Notes: generated by a model from the letters alone, not told the origin. Counted from the whole stretch's first letter, positions 11,990-26,405 are shown. The stretch is DNA of 63,562 bases, filler included, from Stramenopiles sp. TOSAG23-6 (GCA_900128565.1; 6 parts of 6 records of this genome joined end to end with filler, not necessarily neighbours in it); one strand, 5' to 3'. Made by a program: numbers and translations.

Positions 11990-14900
11990 ATGTCAGGATT
12001 ACCTTCACACTGGGAAGAGCAGTTTGACTCACAAAGTGGTAGGAAATTTTACGTGAATCACGAAACTCAAGAAACGTCATGGGAACCACCTGTCCTTGTC
12101 CCCTCGGTTACGAGTTCTCTTCCAGCTGGATGGGAGAAAGTTGTTGATGCGGATGGTCGAGAATTCTATGTTGATCACGTTAATCAAGTCACATCGTGGG
12201 AGCGTCCATCTATTGAGGCTCACAGTTCAGCACCGTCTATGAATCCTGAGTTGAATAATCCTCATCTCCGACAGGCAACAAGTGGAAGTTCATTTATGAA
12301 CGGCGACGCCACTGTTGGTCCTGATGGATTAAATCACACCCAACCAATGATAGATGCAGATTCTAGTCTAAAACATCATAGTGGTTCGTGGGATATTGGT
12401 GAAGTTGTGCGAATCAAATTGACAATGTTTTCATGGAAAATCGCTGTTATTTTATCCTTTAATGATGTGACGTCAAACTATGTTGTTCTTGTAGAAGATG
12501 GTCGAACACGGGATATTTCTGTTGAAACTACACTTCATCAAAAGATTCCTAAATTTTCTGAATGGGTAACTTCAGCATTACAACTGTTATCTATCTCTAT
12601 TAACTCAGATATGATGACAGACCAGTCAAGATTAAATGCTCAAGTTGTTATTTTAAATACGATTGGACAAAAGTTCCAAGAAGAAGGAAAAAAATCTTTA
12701 CCTCAAAATGAAAAACTGAATGTAATATCTGCATTTGATAATAATAAAGGAGTTCCACTACTTTCGCATTGTTTGTCAACAAGTCAAGGATTACGGCAAT
12801 ATGACGTCACTGCTGCGTCTCTCTGTGCACTTCAACATATTTCGTTATTTCGTTGTGGTTCTTTAAAAATAAGAGAAAAGAGTCAAAGTGAGAAGTGGGT
12901 ACAGTTATTAATCGCAGAAAATACGATTTCTGATTTGTCTTTGTCATGTCAAATTGATAAATCAAACATAAAACTTCCTGCTTTGCGTACTTTATACCAT
13001 TTGGCTCATATGTACGTGTTCAAACCTGAATACCTAACGCCTACATTCATTGTTGTACCTGAATTATTAATTATTTTTTTTTGAAATATTTTCAAAAATA
13101 CAGTCCAATTGTTGGTGAAAAAATATCTTGTTCAAAGGAAGGTTTTACTTCAATTTGTGAGAGTTTACTTGAACCAGATTTTCAAAATATTGTTATTTCT
13201 TTACTGTTTGAGTTATTAAATGCTGACAATCAAAATCAGAATAAAAAAAATGAAAAAAAAAGTAAAGTTTTGACTGCTATACGGAGAGCTCGTTGTGCAG
13301 AGTATGTGTGTGTCGTTATTGACTCATGTGATGATGAACATTTGTTACTACAATTACTAAAATCATTGCAAATACTAATTAAATCAGGTTTACAAGGTGC
13401 AGCTGCTCTACGTGCTGCTAATGGTGTAGTTACTTTGATTAATGTATTACAAAAATTGAATGTTCAACGTGAGTCGAGTAGTAGTAGTAGTACAAATATA
13501 GCAGAAGTTAGAAATATTTCTATGAGTATGTTAGCGTCTGCTGCTGTCGATCAAGCTGTGGCTGCAACACTTTTAGATAATGGTGCTGCTGAATTAGCTG
13601 TTAGAGCATGTGATCCAGGTACAACAGGAAATTCTTCTCTCTCAGTAAAACAGGCGTTAGAATTACTACAAGCTATGGCTACTATTGAACCATCTGCAGT
13701 CATTGCTGCTGGTGGTTTACTTTTAGCTATTGATATAGTGACTGCAAAATCAACATTATTGTCTACTTGTAAAAAAACTAAAAAAAACTCTAAAAAATTA
13801 ATGAAAAAAAAGAAAAATGTAATATTACAAGCAGCTCTTCATCTTGCTGCATCTTTATCTATTTCACAAGAAGCAGGAAAACTATTTCGTGATGCTGATG
13901 GATTTACTGTATTAATTGAAATATTGCATAAAGATTGTTCTAATAGTGTAAAAATAGTAGCTATTAAAATATTAACAGTACTTTGTTTAACAGATAATGA
14001 AAATATTTCATGTGCAGTGGAAGCAGGAGCAGTTGCTGCATGCTTACGTTGTGATGATATCAGTAGTGATTTGGAACTACGTGATAAGGAATTATTAGCT
14101 GCTTTGTTACAAGAAAGTGATGTTATGCTGATTGAGTTATCTCGGATTGGTTGTAATGAATCAGAATTAGAATCATTGGCTAAAGGATTAGTTTCTATTT
14201 TAGGTGCTTCTACTTCTATGAGTGGTCAAAACAAAATTACTCGTAGTGCAGCAGCATCTGCATTGTATTCCTTTGTATCAATTTCTGTCAATGATTTTGA
14301 AGAAATGTCAAATGATTATGAATATTCTGAAAAATCTCATTATTCTACAATCAAAATGCGTGTGTCTGCCTTAGCTAGAGTATCACCAGTACCTTCTCTA
14401 TTATCATTACTAAAAACAGGAGATATAGCTGAGGGTGCATTACGTACTCTACAAAAATTGAGTGTTGATTCTACATCTGCTGCTGCGATGCAGAGTTTAC
14501 GAACAGTACCTATGGTTGCTGCTTCATTACCATCATGGTCTTTTGATTTACAAGCGATTGGGTTACAACTAATACATTCTTTACTATCTAATGTAGGAAA
14601 TACATCGAAGCCATTACAGCCTGCTGATTTGAAGCAAGTCAATAATGCATTGCTTGAATCTTTACAATCAGACGATGTACAATGCGCTGCAGCTGCCGCT
14701 CGGTTAGCTAGAGATCTTTCTTTTGCACCACAGCATAGATTTAGTATGCGTATATTAATTCCTGCTTTTGTGAATTTAATTCGTCCAAAACCTGGTTTAA
14801 CAGGTGAAGCAGCATCCATTGCAGTTGCTACATCTGTTGATATTTGTGCAGCATTAGTACATATATGTAGTGAAGCAACATCTGCTATTACTGTTGTAGA

Positions 14901-17900
14901 AGTAGACAATGGTGTGGCAATATCAAGTTTAATATGTTTATTATCAGACTCGAGTGAAGCTGTATGTTTTTATTTTTTTTCAATTTTTTTCCAAAACATT
15001 TTTTTTTTTTTGGTAAAAAAATTTTGTACCTAACAATTTTTTTTTTTTTTTGGTAAAAAATTTTGAAATATTTTTTTAAAATACATGTACGTGATGCGTC
15101 TCTGCATACTATTGAAACTTTATGTACATCAACTCCTGTTGCACGTCGTGTGATATTAAATAATGGCGCAGCACCTCTTTCTGTACTTTTACATTTATTA
15201 CCAAATGAAGAAAATTGTATGAATTATATAGGAAATTCTCTAAAAAATTCAATGCGAAGTCGTGCCATGTCAATTATTCGATTATTGTGTTTAGAAAAGG
15301 AATTAGCAAAATCTGTTTTACCTACAATTCCTGGTTTAATTCAACAGTTACTTGGAGCATCAAAAGCTGAAATGACTTTGAATTCACAAAAAAAGGAAAA
15401 CATGGAAAATGATAATTTTGAAATTTCTGTAACAAAAATGGAAAACATGGAAAATGATATGCCTGTAACATATTTACTCTCTACTCTTGAATCAACAGTT
15501 TTATGGGATTGTATTGCTCATTCTGCTGCTGTAGGTGTGGCTTTATTTCTAATAGAAAAAAAAGATTGTGATACTCAAAAAGCAAATGAATCAATTTCTA
15601 TAATGTGTAATGAACAACCAAATACTGTTCTAAGACGATTAATTCAGTTGGATACTAATTCTAATACTCATATGATAAATGATCATTTAAATGATCATCG
15701 TAGAACAAATTTTTCTAATCATTTGACAACTTCAAATAATACAGTTGGCATCTCAGGTGTTATGCGATTGTTAGGAAATAATAATGAAAATGTGAGTAAA
15801 GCAGCCTCCTCTGTTGTATTTGTATGTGCTGAACATTCAGATGGTCGTCGGTATATACTTCAATATTTACCGATTTTATTACGTTTATTATCCTCGTTTT
15901 CTGCCAATATTGCAACGTCAGCTTTAACAATCGTTCATAAATTAGCAATGATAAAATCTACAGTATCATCATTTGATTCATCACAAGTATTAAATAATGT
16001 AGGAAATTATGATAATACGTTAGGTGCTGGTACAATTGAAGCTGTAGCTGATGCTGAATCATTTTGGTATACATTAATTTCACCTGAAGATAATCAAGGA
16101 AGTGTAATAACAGACACAAAAAACAAAAAAAAATCTCAAGTTGATATTAGAAAATTAGCTTTGGATAGTTGCGTGGCAGTTATAGCAAGGAGAGGGTTAA
16201 CAGATGAACAGAAAATAATGGCCGCGGAACTTCTCGCAGCTTTAGTACAAAAATTAAGTACATATGAAATTGTTTATGCTAACCCTAACCCTGATAACCA
16301 AACACAAAAAACACAAAATAATCAAAAAAGTTTTTCTTCCCTTGCGTCATCTTCACCATTATTGGCTCAAAGTATTCCTCCATTATTATCAATTCTTCCC
16401 ACACGTCCTGGTTTAGCCATGCCTGCTCTTGCTTCACTTGTCATGGTGTCCTCACGATGCGCATCTCGTTTACGTCAGGATCCTTCTGCACTTCGTAATT
16501 TATTGTTGACTATGCGTGATGATGATACTCATAAAAATGTTGCCTTACGTTTATTACGTGGTTTATTACGACCTGTTGATAATTCTGAAAATAATTCTAC
16601 AAATTCAAGGTGTTTAGTCAATTCATTGATGACTAAACCACCTAGAGCTGCTGTAGATGCTTTAATAAAGGCAGATGGTCTTTCTGCTGTATTGAGTGTA
16701 TTATCTTCATATAGTAGTAATATTGATGTAATGCAAAATGGGTTATCCGTATTATTTGCTGTAGCTTCAGGTTCTGTCAGTGGAAGACGAAAAATAATTG
16801 AAAAAGAAAAAATTATTCATCACTTGATTTCAGTTTTTAAAAATGAGATGTATGAAAATCAAGATGAAAATCAAGATGAAAATCAAGATGAAAATCAAGA
16901 TGAAAAACAAGATGAAAAACAAGATGAAAATCAAGATGAAAATCAAGATGAAAAACAAGATTTGAGTGTTGAAAATGAAAGTCAAAAAAAATTGCACAAA
17001 CAATCACAAAAATCACAAAAATCAAAAAAATCACGTATTTTATCTTGTACCGCATCAGAATTAATGTCATGTTTGTCTGAAGTCGGTAATACGCGAACAG
17101 TTTTGTGTCAACAATCAAGTTTTATTCCTTCAATATGTGATTTAATAATTTGTTCCGTTGAAGACATTACAACGTTTATGTGTATAGATTCTACTATACA
17201 TACAACAGATGTATTTTTATCTTTAAAAACTATTCACGCATGTTTACGTTCAATTTATAATTTATCTGGTAATATTGAAATGTCATGTCTTACATCGACA
17301 AGTGTTTGTATATCTCGTGTATCATGTGTATTATCTACGTTATTGAAATACAAAAAAAACTCTACTGGTAACCCTAACCCTAATAAGAAAAATAATGAAA
17401 AAATTAAAATCATTTCAAATATTACAGATTTTTCAAAGGTTGTGAATGGAATGCTCTTGCTTTGTATACAAACTTTGCATAATATTTCGCTATGCGCTGT
17501 GACGAAACATTCACAAAAATGTGTTTTAGATGATGTATATAAAATTATCAAAAATGAATTAAATGAATGGCGATGTTCAGAAACTGCTGGTATAATAGAG
17601 TCAGCGACACGTTTTACATTACATTGTGCGAAAAGAAATCAAGAAATAATATCTGGAAATTTGATACAGAATTTATTGCATAGAAATACGTTTGATAATT
17701 TTTCTAAAATTTTGGTTAAGCCAAAACAAAACGATACAGTAAATACTTTTGGTGATATACAATTAGCACAAGACAGTATCTTGGATTTGCTTCATTTTCT
17801 TGTATTAGTGTATGATAGTGCACATAAACTTGCAAGTCGACATGTAATTCTTGTTGGTAGTGTGAGAAAGATTGCAATTACGAAAGGTCACATTTCAGGT

Positions 17901-18780
17901 CCAAAAGCTGTTCGATTTTTGAAATTATTAGGTGTCAATCCACCATATGATTCTCCAAATCTTCAAATAAAACTTGAATTATCACAAGACGTAGAAAAAT
18001 CTGTAACAAAAACGTCAAATACAAAAAAAATACATACTGAAGTGAAGAGGCCTATTGCGAGAAAAATAGCTCCACCTCCTCCCTCTTTTGGCACACTACA
18101 ACAAACATCTCGAGGGAGTGTACATGAAATCAATAAGAAGCCACAACAACAACGTGTTCGTCCTATAACTCCACCACATGTTAGAGAAGAAAGGATGTAC
18201 GTTTTATTTTTTTTCAATTTTTTTCCAAAATTTTTTTCATAGTACATTTTGTACCTAACAATTTTTTTTAGATTTTTTGAAATATTTTTCTAAAATACAT
18301 GCGTCTTCGTCGAAGATTAGCATTACAATCATCAGCAAGTTCTTCAAGTATTACAAATGAAGTAGTGACTAGTAGAAGAAGAAGAAGGCGAATCATTAGT
18401 GATGATGAAGATGATGATGATGATGATGATGATGAAGATGATGAAGATAAACAAAATGAAAAATCTAAAGTATCAATAGTGGAAAACAAAGTACTTTCTA
18501 CATCAAAAACTACAATGAATAAAATAAAAACTTTTACAATGGATGAATCTGTCCTTTATTCTGGCGCGGATGGCACGAAATCTTTAGCTATTGTTACTGC
18601 CGTTCACACTGATAGTTCTGATGGTCCTTATTATACAATTCGTCTACCAAATGGTAGAGAAAGACAAACATTAGGTATTCGGTTATCAACTCCTCCCGCT
18701 GAGATGTTAATACATTCAAATATAACAAAGAAATCTGCTTCACCAAATACAACACAATATATTCCGTATACTAATCAGAC

Positions 18781-18818
<38 letters not shown>

Positions 18819-19888
18819 ATACACCACAACAACAACAACAATATACACCACAACAACAACAACAACAACAATATACCCAACCACCACCACCACCACAACA
18901 ACAACAACAACAACAACAACAAAATATTCAAACAGATACTGAACCAAAAACATTTGAAGACAAAATCACTCGTTTGCAGTCTTTAGGCTTTACTAAAGAA
19001 GATAGTGTTCGTGCATTGACGACAGCAAAATTTGATATGAATGAAGCTGCTTCAATCTTATTATCTTCCTCTACAACAACACCTTCTAATTCAGTATCAA
19101 ATTCTACACCAAACACAATTTCAACAAATACGTCGCATCAACTAGATATTGGTATGAGTAATTCTACAAATTCTACAAATACAATGTATCCTAATTTTTC
19201 TACATCTGAATCATCAAAAAGTTCAGTTTCAGCAAATGTCATTCAGGAGGCAATTAATGAAGCAAAGAAGCAAGAAATCGAGAGAGAAAATGAGGAAATG
19301 GCGAGAAAATTACAACGACAGTTTGATCAAGAAGCAAAAGAAGATCAAGAAGCAAAAGTAATTACTACAGATTTTGGTATAAAAGGAATGCTTCTCAAAC
19401 AGTCAAAATTCAGAAAAGCATGGCGCAACAGGTTTGTGTGGTTGGATGGTACAAAATTACGTACTTATACTGAAGATATTGCATCAAGTGCTACGACAGA
19501 TAATTTTCGTGATGAATTTGAATTGACTGAAGCATCAACAGTTGAAGAATTTAAAAATAATGTAAATGAGTTTGCATTTCGTATTACAAATGTTGGTAAA
19601 GAGGGGAAAGAATTTGTTATCTTCGCAGCATCGAGTGAAACAGGTTTGCGTAAGTGGAGTTCTGCTGTACGCAAAGCATTCTCTATACAAAAAAAACGTA
19701 ATCAAAGTGAATTTTTAGCAGCTAATCGTGAAAAAAGTATTCAGTTAGAAGCGATGGGATACTCAAATAAAGAGTGTATGGCTGCTCTTCATCAAGCAAA
19801 TGGTGAGTTAGATGGTGCAGTTGAGTTGTTATTAAATGGAGAAGTTGATCTTTCTGTTCTTTCCGTCATTGGTGATGATAATAATAAT
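11990..19888 (+). CDS. Large WW-WW / ARM-repeat / UBA / PH / UBA protein, 3' end uncertain
   Basis: Two WW domains (LPSHWEEQFD...TSWEPP; LPAGWEKVVD...TSWERP), long ARM-like region, UBA (LQSLGFTKEDSVRAL), PH (KGMLLKQSKFRKAWRNRFVWL), second UBA. Introns 13012-13103 (GT-AG), 14962-15086 and 18197-18300 (GT-AT) join the ORFs in frame. Confidence 0.75.
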
Positions 19889-19906
19889 GTACGTTTTTCA
19901 AAATTG

Positions 19907-19954
<48 letters not shown>

Positions 19955-19964
19955 TTTTTTTTTG

Positions 19965-20010
<46 letters not shown>

Positions 20011-20017
20011 TTTTTCC

Positions 20018-20056
<39 letters not shown>

Positions 20057-20071
20057 TTCTTCAGAATACAT

Positions 20072-21035
20072 GCGCCGAGATTGGATTGTATTAGGCCGTC
20101 GACCAACTGGTGTTTGTGCTGCAGCATTATTAATTGCTTCAAGAATGCATGGTATACAAAGAACACGAAAAGAAGTAATTTCAGTCGTTCGAATTTGTGA
20201 TTCTACTTTACGTGAACGTTTATCAGAATTTCAATTAACTGAAGCTGCTGATGTAGGTTTTATTTTTTGAAAATTTGAATTTTTTTTTTTTTTTTTAATT
20301 TTTTTCCAAAATTTTTTTTTTTTTTTGAAAGTTTGAATTTTTTTTTTTTTGAATTTTTTTCCAAAACATTTTGTTTCCAAAATACATTTTGTACCTAACA
20401 AATATTTTTCAAAATTAATTTCAAATATTTTTCCAAAATACATTTAACTCCTTTAGAATTTGAAGAAATGGCAAAAAATACAAATGATTTTGAATTAGAA
20501 GAAGATGGCAGTGTTGCTTTACATGACTCATTACAAGCAGCCAATCCACCTTCATTTACACGAAATCGAACTCTTGAACAAACTCAATTGTTATTGATGG
20601 AACAAGATATTTTACGTTTAGAAAATGAAAAAAAAATGAATTTGAAACATGGAAAAATTTTAAGACTTTCAAATGGAATTGTAAAAACAACAATAATTGA
20701 AGATGATTCAAATTGTAATGATGATAATGAAGAGGAGGATGATAGTAGTAGTAGTAGTAGTAGTGATGATAATGAAGAGGAGGAGGATAGTAGTGATGAT
20801 AATGAAGAGGATGATAGTAGTGATAAAGATGAAAAAAGTACAAAAAAAAGTACAAAAAAAAGTACAAAAAAAAGTGCAGCTGAGAAAAAAGCTCAAAATG
20901 CTCAAAAACGTAAAAAAAAAGAAAAACAAAAACGACGTAAAGAAAAACTTTTGAAAAAAAAACAAAAACAAAAACGACGTAAAGAAAAACAATTAAAAAA
21001 AAAAGAAAAAGAAAAAAAAAAGTTGGATAATTTAC
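20072..21035 (+). CDS. BRF1: TFIIIB subunit BRF1, internal fragment
   Basis: MRRDWIVLGRRPTGVCAAALLIASRMHG..RTRKEVISVVRICDSTLRERLSEF..AAD-LTPLEF...ANPPSF. GT-AT intron 20253-20443. Confidence 0.85.
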
Positions 21036-21140
21036 GTACGTTTTTCATTATGAATTTCATTTTTTTTTTTTTTGAAAATTTTGTACCTAACAATTTTTTT
21101 TTTTTGAGTTTTTATTTCGATACGTTTTTCATTATGAATT

Positions 21141-21172
<32 letters not shown>

Positions 21173-21219
21173 CATAGAAAATTTTTTACCTAATTTTTTT
21201 TTTAAATTTAATTTTTTTT

Positions 21220-21319
21220 NNNNNNNNNNNNNNNNNNNNNNNNNNNNNNNNNNNNNNNNNNNNTTAATTAATTAANNNNNNNNNNNNNNNNNNNNNNNNN
21301 NNNNNNNNNNNNNNNNNNN
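21220..21319. other. Artificial contig linker
   Basis: N-TTAATTAATTAA-N. Confidence 0.97.
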
Positions 21320-21370
<51 letters not shown>

Positions 21371-21388
21371 AAAAAAATAAAACATACA

Positions 21389-23934
21389 TATTTAACATCA
21401 TGAATATTTGAGCAAGAGAGCAATACAGCATTGTATACAATAGTATCTACAGGTATGCCTCTGTATTTCATTTCATTCAAGTAATTAAATGATTCTTTTG
21501 TTTTCTTACTTTTGGCTAGTGAAGAAAAATAGTGTTGAACAATATTATATAGTTTTGAAATTTATTTTGTTAGTTTTTTTTTTTTTTTCAAAATTTTTTT
21601 TTTTTAATTTTTGAATTTTGAAAAAAAAAAAATTTTTGAAAAAAAAAAAATTTTTTTGAAAAAAAAAAAAAAATTTGATTTTTACAATGAATAATGAAAA
21701 CATACATCAAAACTGTATACGTATATTTGTTCCCTCGTAAACCTGCTTTTTTTAATTTATGAAACAGTTCAAATACTAATTGATTTTGATTTGATCTATA
21801 ACATGCCATCATCACTTTATTATATATAGATATTGTAGGAATGACGTCATCATTATGAGATATTGTAGGAATGATGTCATCATTTTGTATATTTTTTATA
21901 TTTTTTGAATTTTTTGAATTTTTTATATTTTTTGAATGTTTTATATTTTTTGAATTTTTTATATTTTTTGAATGTTTTATATTTTTTGACATTTCATCCA
22001 ATATAAGTAATGCATTTTGAAATTGACCCAAAGTAGACATACATGCTAAAACACTGTTATATCCTAATATTGTAATTGGTATTTTTTTATTTTTCATTCT
22101 ATGAAAAAGTTGTAATGCAGTTTTAGGATTATTATACTGTCTATACATTTCCATCACAGCAACATACACCCCACATGTAGCTACACTAGGGTTAGGAATA
22201 TTCAGATGATTAGGGTTAGGGGTAGTCTCTATAATTGGAGTCTTTTCAGCTATTTTTAATAATTCATTTGCAGCTTTAGGATTCGGAACACAACGGATTG
22301 CTGATACAAATGTATATGGATCTGGATGTATATCCTCCAAAGTATCATGAACTGTAGGAAAATAAAAAAAAAAAAAAATTTTGTTAGGTACAAAATTTCG
22401 TATAAAAAAAAATTTAAAAAAAAATTTAAAAAAAAAATTTAAAAAAAAAAAAACCTACAATTGTTTTCAAAAGATAACGTGAATATTCAAACGCTTCTTT
22501 TTCAGTCAAATAATGATAGGATAATAATTTTGCGATTACATCGAGTGCCATATTGAATGAAGAAATTCGATCTATAGTTTGTATCTTACTACATTTTTTT
22601 GAATTTTTAAAATTTTTTGAATTATTAAAATATTTTAAATTTTTTGAATTTTTTAAATTTTTTGAATTTTTTGTAGTCGGTTGTACAAAATCGAAATGTG
22701 ACATCATACCATTCAATAAATCTGAAATCCGCGATTTTGATTCTCTACCATATTGTAAACATGATGTTATTGCTATTTTATAGGTCGCTATATTTAGATT
22801 TTCATTACAAAACAATTTTATATGTTTTTCATTCTCTTCTTCGAGAATATTGGATTTTTTTTCATTTTTTTTGGTATGAAATTCCGTACCTAATGAATAT
22901 TCAGGGTTAGGGTTAGGGGTATCAAAATGTCCTTGATCAGATTGTAACATGTTTACAATATGCAATACTTTATCATGTTTTCTTGTTGTAGTACAAGTGG
23001 CTAGAACATAATTTATTGTTGAAATTTTTGGAATTGAACCATGGAAAAAATGTAGTTTTTGTAAGTATTCAAATGCTTCTGTTGAGTGGTTAATTGTACT
23101 CAATGATTTGATGATGAGAGCAAAATCAGAAATCTCATGAATAAATTCAACATTAAAATTTGAGTTGAGTTTGTTCAAATGACTGCGGATTGCATACAAA
23201 TCATTTCGACGAACAAGTACGCCTAATTTTTCAATATATTTCATTTGTATTGAACTCTTTTTATCAGCTAGGGTTAGGGTTGTAGTAGGGTTAGGGTTTG
23301 CATCAATGCCTTGCCATCGTTTTCTTACTTGACACCAATATCGTTGAGAATGTTGCTTAGGTACTTGATTGTGTTGATTGGATTGATTGTGTTGATTGGA
23401 TTGATTGTGTTGAGTTGTAGTATTTGAAGGATAGTGAGTAGTACGAGTTTTGTTCAATGAATGTGTTTTGTTTCCAATATATTTCACACTAGCATTTGAC
23501 GTCTTCGTCAATTGTAAAATTGTTGTATCTATTTTATTCAATTTTTCTACCTTTTTCGATGATTCAAGATCAACGGGATGTACTCTATCTTTAATTGCAG
23601 ATTCTATTGTTGGATATACATCAATATATGGTGTATTTGGCTGTTGTAATGCAGAGTTCTGTACAAATAGTGGGGTATGTTTCTGTGAAAGATTCTCATC
23701 ATATTTTTTCCACTGTTCTACTCTTTTCTCGCGCCGCATACGCTCATTATCCAACCATGATAAAAACGATTTATTACTAAAGGAATGTGGCGTTGAAATT
23801 GTATCACCAACTTTTGAATTTGGACAGGTAGAGCGTACAGGTGTGATGGGGCGAGTTACAATAGTAAAACAACGGCCAAAATGGTGCCGTTTTGATAAAC
23901 GGTATATTTGTGGTTTTAACCAGACTCTACGCAT
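21389..23934 (-). CDS. Pentatricopeptide-repeat (PPR) protein, probably mitochondrial, 3' partial
   Basis: PPR motifs (PDPYTFVSAIRC; ILGYNSVLACMSTLGQFQNALLILDEM; ISIYNKVMMACYRSNQNQLVFELFHKL; DTIVYNAVLLSC) and an Arg-rich N-terminus. Introns 22350-22458 and from 21705. Confidence 0.85.
22350..22458 (-). other. Family intron with GT-TT ends, bypassing an adjacent CAG
   Basis: aca aTT|GTAGG...TTTCCTACAG TT|cat gat act ttg. Only the TT junction keeps the PPR frame. Confidence 0.7.
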
Positions 23935-24313
23935 ATTTCGTCGTACTATTAAGGTCTCATGTAATACAGAACATCAAACTAATTACACAACGTATAACAT
24001 GTACAATGATTTTATGCACTGACGTCTGGTAAAGGTATGATAATCTAGAAAGAACACATAATTGTACCTAAAGCTAAGGACGTTGTAACTTGTGAAGAGA
24101 CACATGCATGACTGACTTGACTTCATTCATCTGAGAGCAGAGAAGCCACGTGGCACATCAAAAAATCAAATGCTATTTTTGTTCATTTTTTTATCATTTT
24201 TCTACCTGACCTCTTTGAAAATGACCAACAACAAAACACTAACAACAACTCGAATTCTATATAATATAATCACTGAAATTTTGAGAATTCTATTCGTCTA
24301 AACACTAAAAGCA

Positions 24314-26080
24314 ATGATACAAAGTTCAGCAAGATTATTTTATGGTCTGACTAGCGCATCAATGTTTATCTGTTGGTTTTTGATGAGTATAACCGAAGGT
24401 GGAGACTTTCATAACCGAGTTCGACGGAACCACGTTGTAACAAAGTCAACATTGGTTCCAAAGGGTCTTTTTAAAGTAATTCACTATTCTTTTGTGTCAA
24501 AGTTTTTGTGTCACTGTGTACCCTTTGTTATGCTTTTTGCCGCACGATATCCATCTAATCCTATAGTAAGATACGTTGCTTCGATATTTTTTTCTTTATA
24601 TTGCCTAGCAGAAACATCAGTCACAACCTCACATCGTGATTATACTAATATGTATACTAGTTGGGCATTAGCCGTATTAGGCCCTTCAAATGATGATATT
24701 TCTGCTGGCGTTGCATTAGGCGTCAGTATCGTAATGTTAATGGCAAGTGGGTGGGCCAAATTACTCATTGGGGGTATTCATTGGTGGAATCCATCAACGT
24801 TGCGGAATATTTTAACAACTTATTCAACACTTCAAGTTGAACAATATGGTCCACTTTCTCATTTTTTAAACCTTGCTATACGAAGCCGACCATGGATGTT
24901 ACGCTGTATGGCATTTGGTACAATTGTTTTTGAATGCTTTCAGGCTCCTTTATCGTTATTCATTCCATCTAACTATCGTTATATCATGATTGTAGCTTCA
25001 ATTGCAATGCATCTTGGAATTGCCATTGTTCAGTCGTTCATGTACGTGTTTCATCAAAAATATCGAATTTATTTTTTTTTTTGGTTTTCGTACGACATTT
25101 TGTACCTAACAAAAAAAAAAAAAAATTTCAAATATTTTTTTTTAATTGTATAGATTTTTTTGTACCTAACACTCTTTTCACTCTTTTCACTAGTAATTTC
25201 ATTTTTTTTTTTTTCTCTTTACAAATTCACAATATAGAATTGGTATTGCATTCTTACCAAATTGTGCTTCGTACTGTTTTGGTTTCGGTTCGTCAGATAT
25301 TCATATTGGTTCAACATCATGGTATACCGCAGTCTTAATTATCATACTCTGGGCTATAGGAACAGGTGTGTGCTCAATGAAACGAAAAAATGGATTGATT
25401 CGTCTTTTACCGGAAAATTGGCCATGTATTTTTTTTTTCAAATTTTTTTTTTTTCAAAATTTTTTTTTTAGTATGAAATTTTGTACCTAACAAAATTGTA
25501 AAATGTTTTTTGATTTGTTGTACAACTCAGGCACACCTTTTGCACTATTTGCATGGAATGGTGAACAATGGTATACATTATTTCAACGATTTGTTGACTC
25601 TGATACAAGATTAGTTATATACAATAATAATGCTGTAATCAATTTAGTTGGAATGGAGGTGACAAACCCTAACCCTACAATATCCAAAAAACAAAAAAAA
25701 CAAAAATATATAAATATAAATAATGTGTTCGATGCCTGGGGACTTCTATTAGGTGAAACGCTATGCCACTCTATAGTATATGAGCATGATATTTGTCACA
25801 AAAATTGGAATATCAAAAAATTCATGTATGTTTTTTATTTTTTTTTACAAAAAAATCGAATTTTTTTTTCATAGTAAAATTTGTACCTAAGAAAATTTTA
25901 AAATTTTGAAAAAATATTTTTTCACAATATATATTCTCCATTAGCCATTGGATGTCAACTACAGAAATGTTTATTCATTTTCGTGGAATGGATAAAAGTA
26001 TTTTGAATAGAGTTGCTTTTGTTCAAGTAAAAAATGAAAAGAAAAAAACAATCATTATAAAAAATCTTTGTTCAATATAA
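24314..26080 (+). CDS. HTTM-like multi-pass membrane protein
   Basis: MLMASGWAKLLIGGIHWWNP..L...FGTIVFE...MHLGIAI-..-IGIAFLPN...ENWP-C-TPFALF. Three family introns (first 25042-25237). Confidence 0.6.
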
Positions 26081-26405
26081 ATTAGAAATTGAGCAAGTCG
26101 TTTTTTTTCGTATATGAAATTTTGTACCTACCATTTTATAAATTTTTATTTTGCTTTTCAAATGAACATCAAAAATTGGAAAATTTCAAAATTTGGAAAA
26201 AAAGATTTGATTTTTTTTTGCTCCTATCTTCGATTCTTGAGATCTGAGAGAGAGATCATAGTACTACTACTGTATATAAAAAACAACACACAGCAGAGAG
26301 AGAGAGAGAAAGACAGAGAAATCCTGTTATTGTTGTTGTTGTTGTTCTGTGTATATTTACTTTATCCATCCGACAGATTTGTATTATATATATATTCGTA
26401 ATACT

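Noticed and set aside
19905-20053. Long poly-T followed by poly-A as a hairpin or terminator
   Set aside because: Homopolymer-rich sequence at a probable chimeric join; tract lengths are unreliable.
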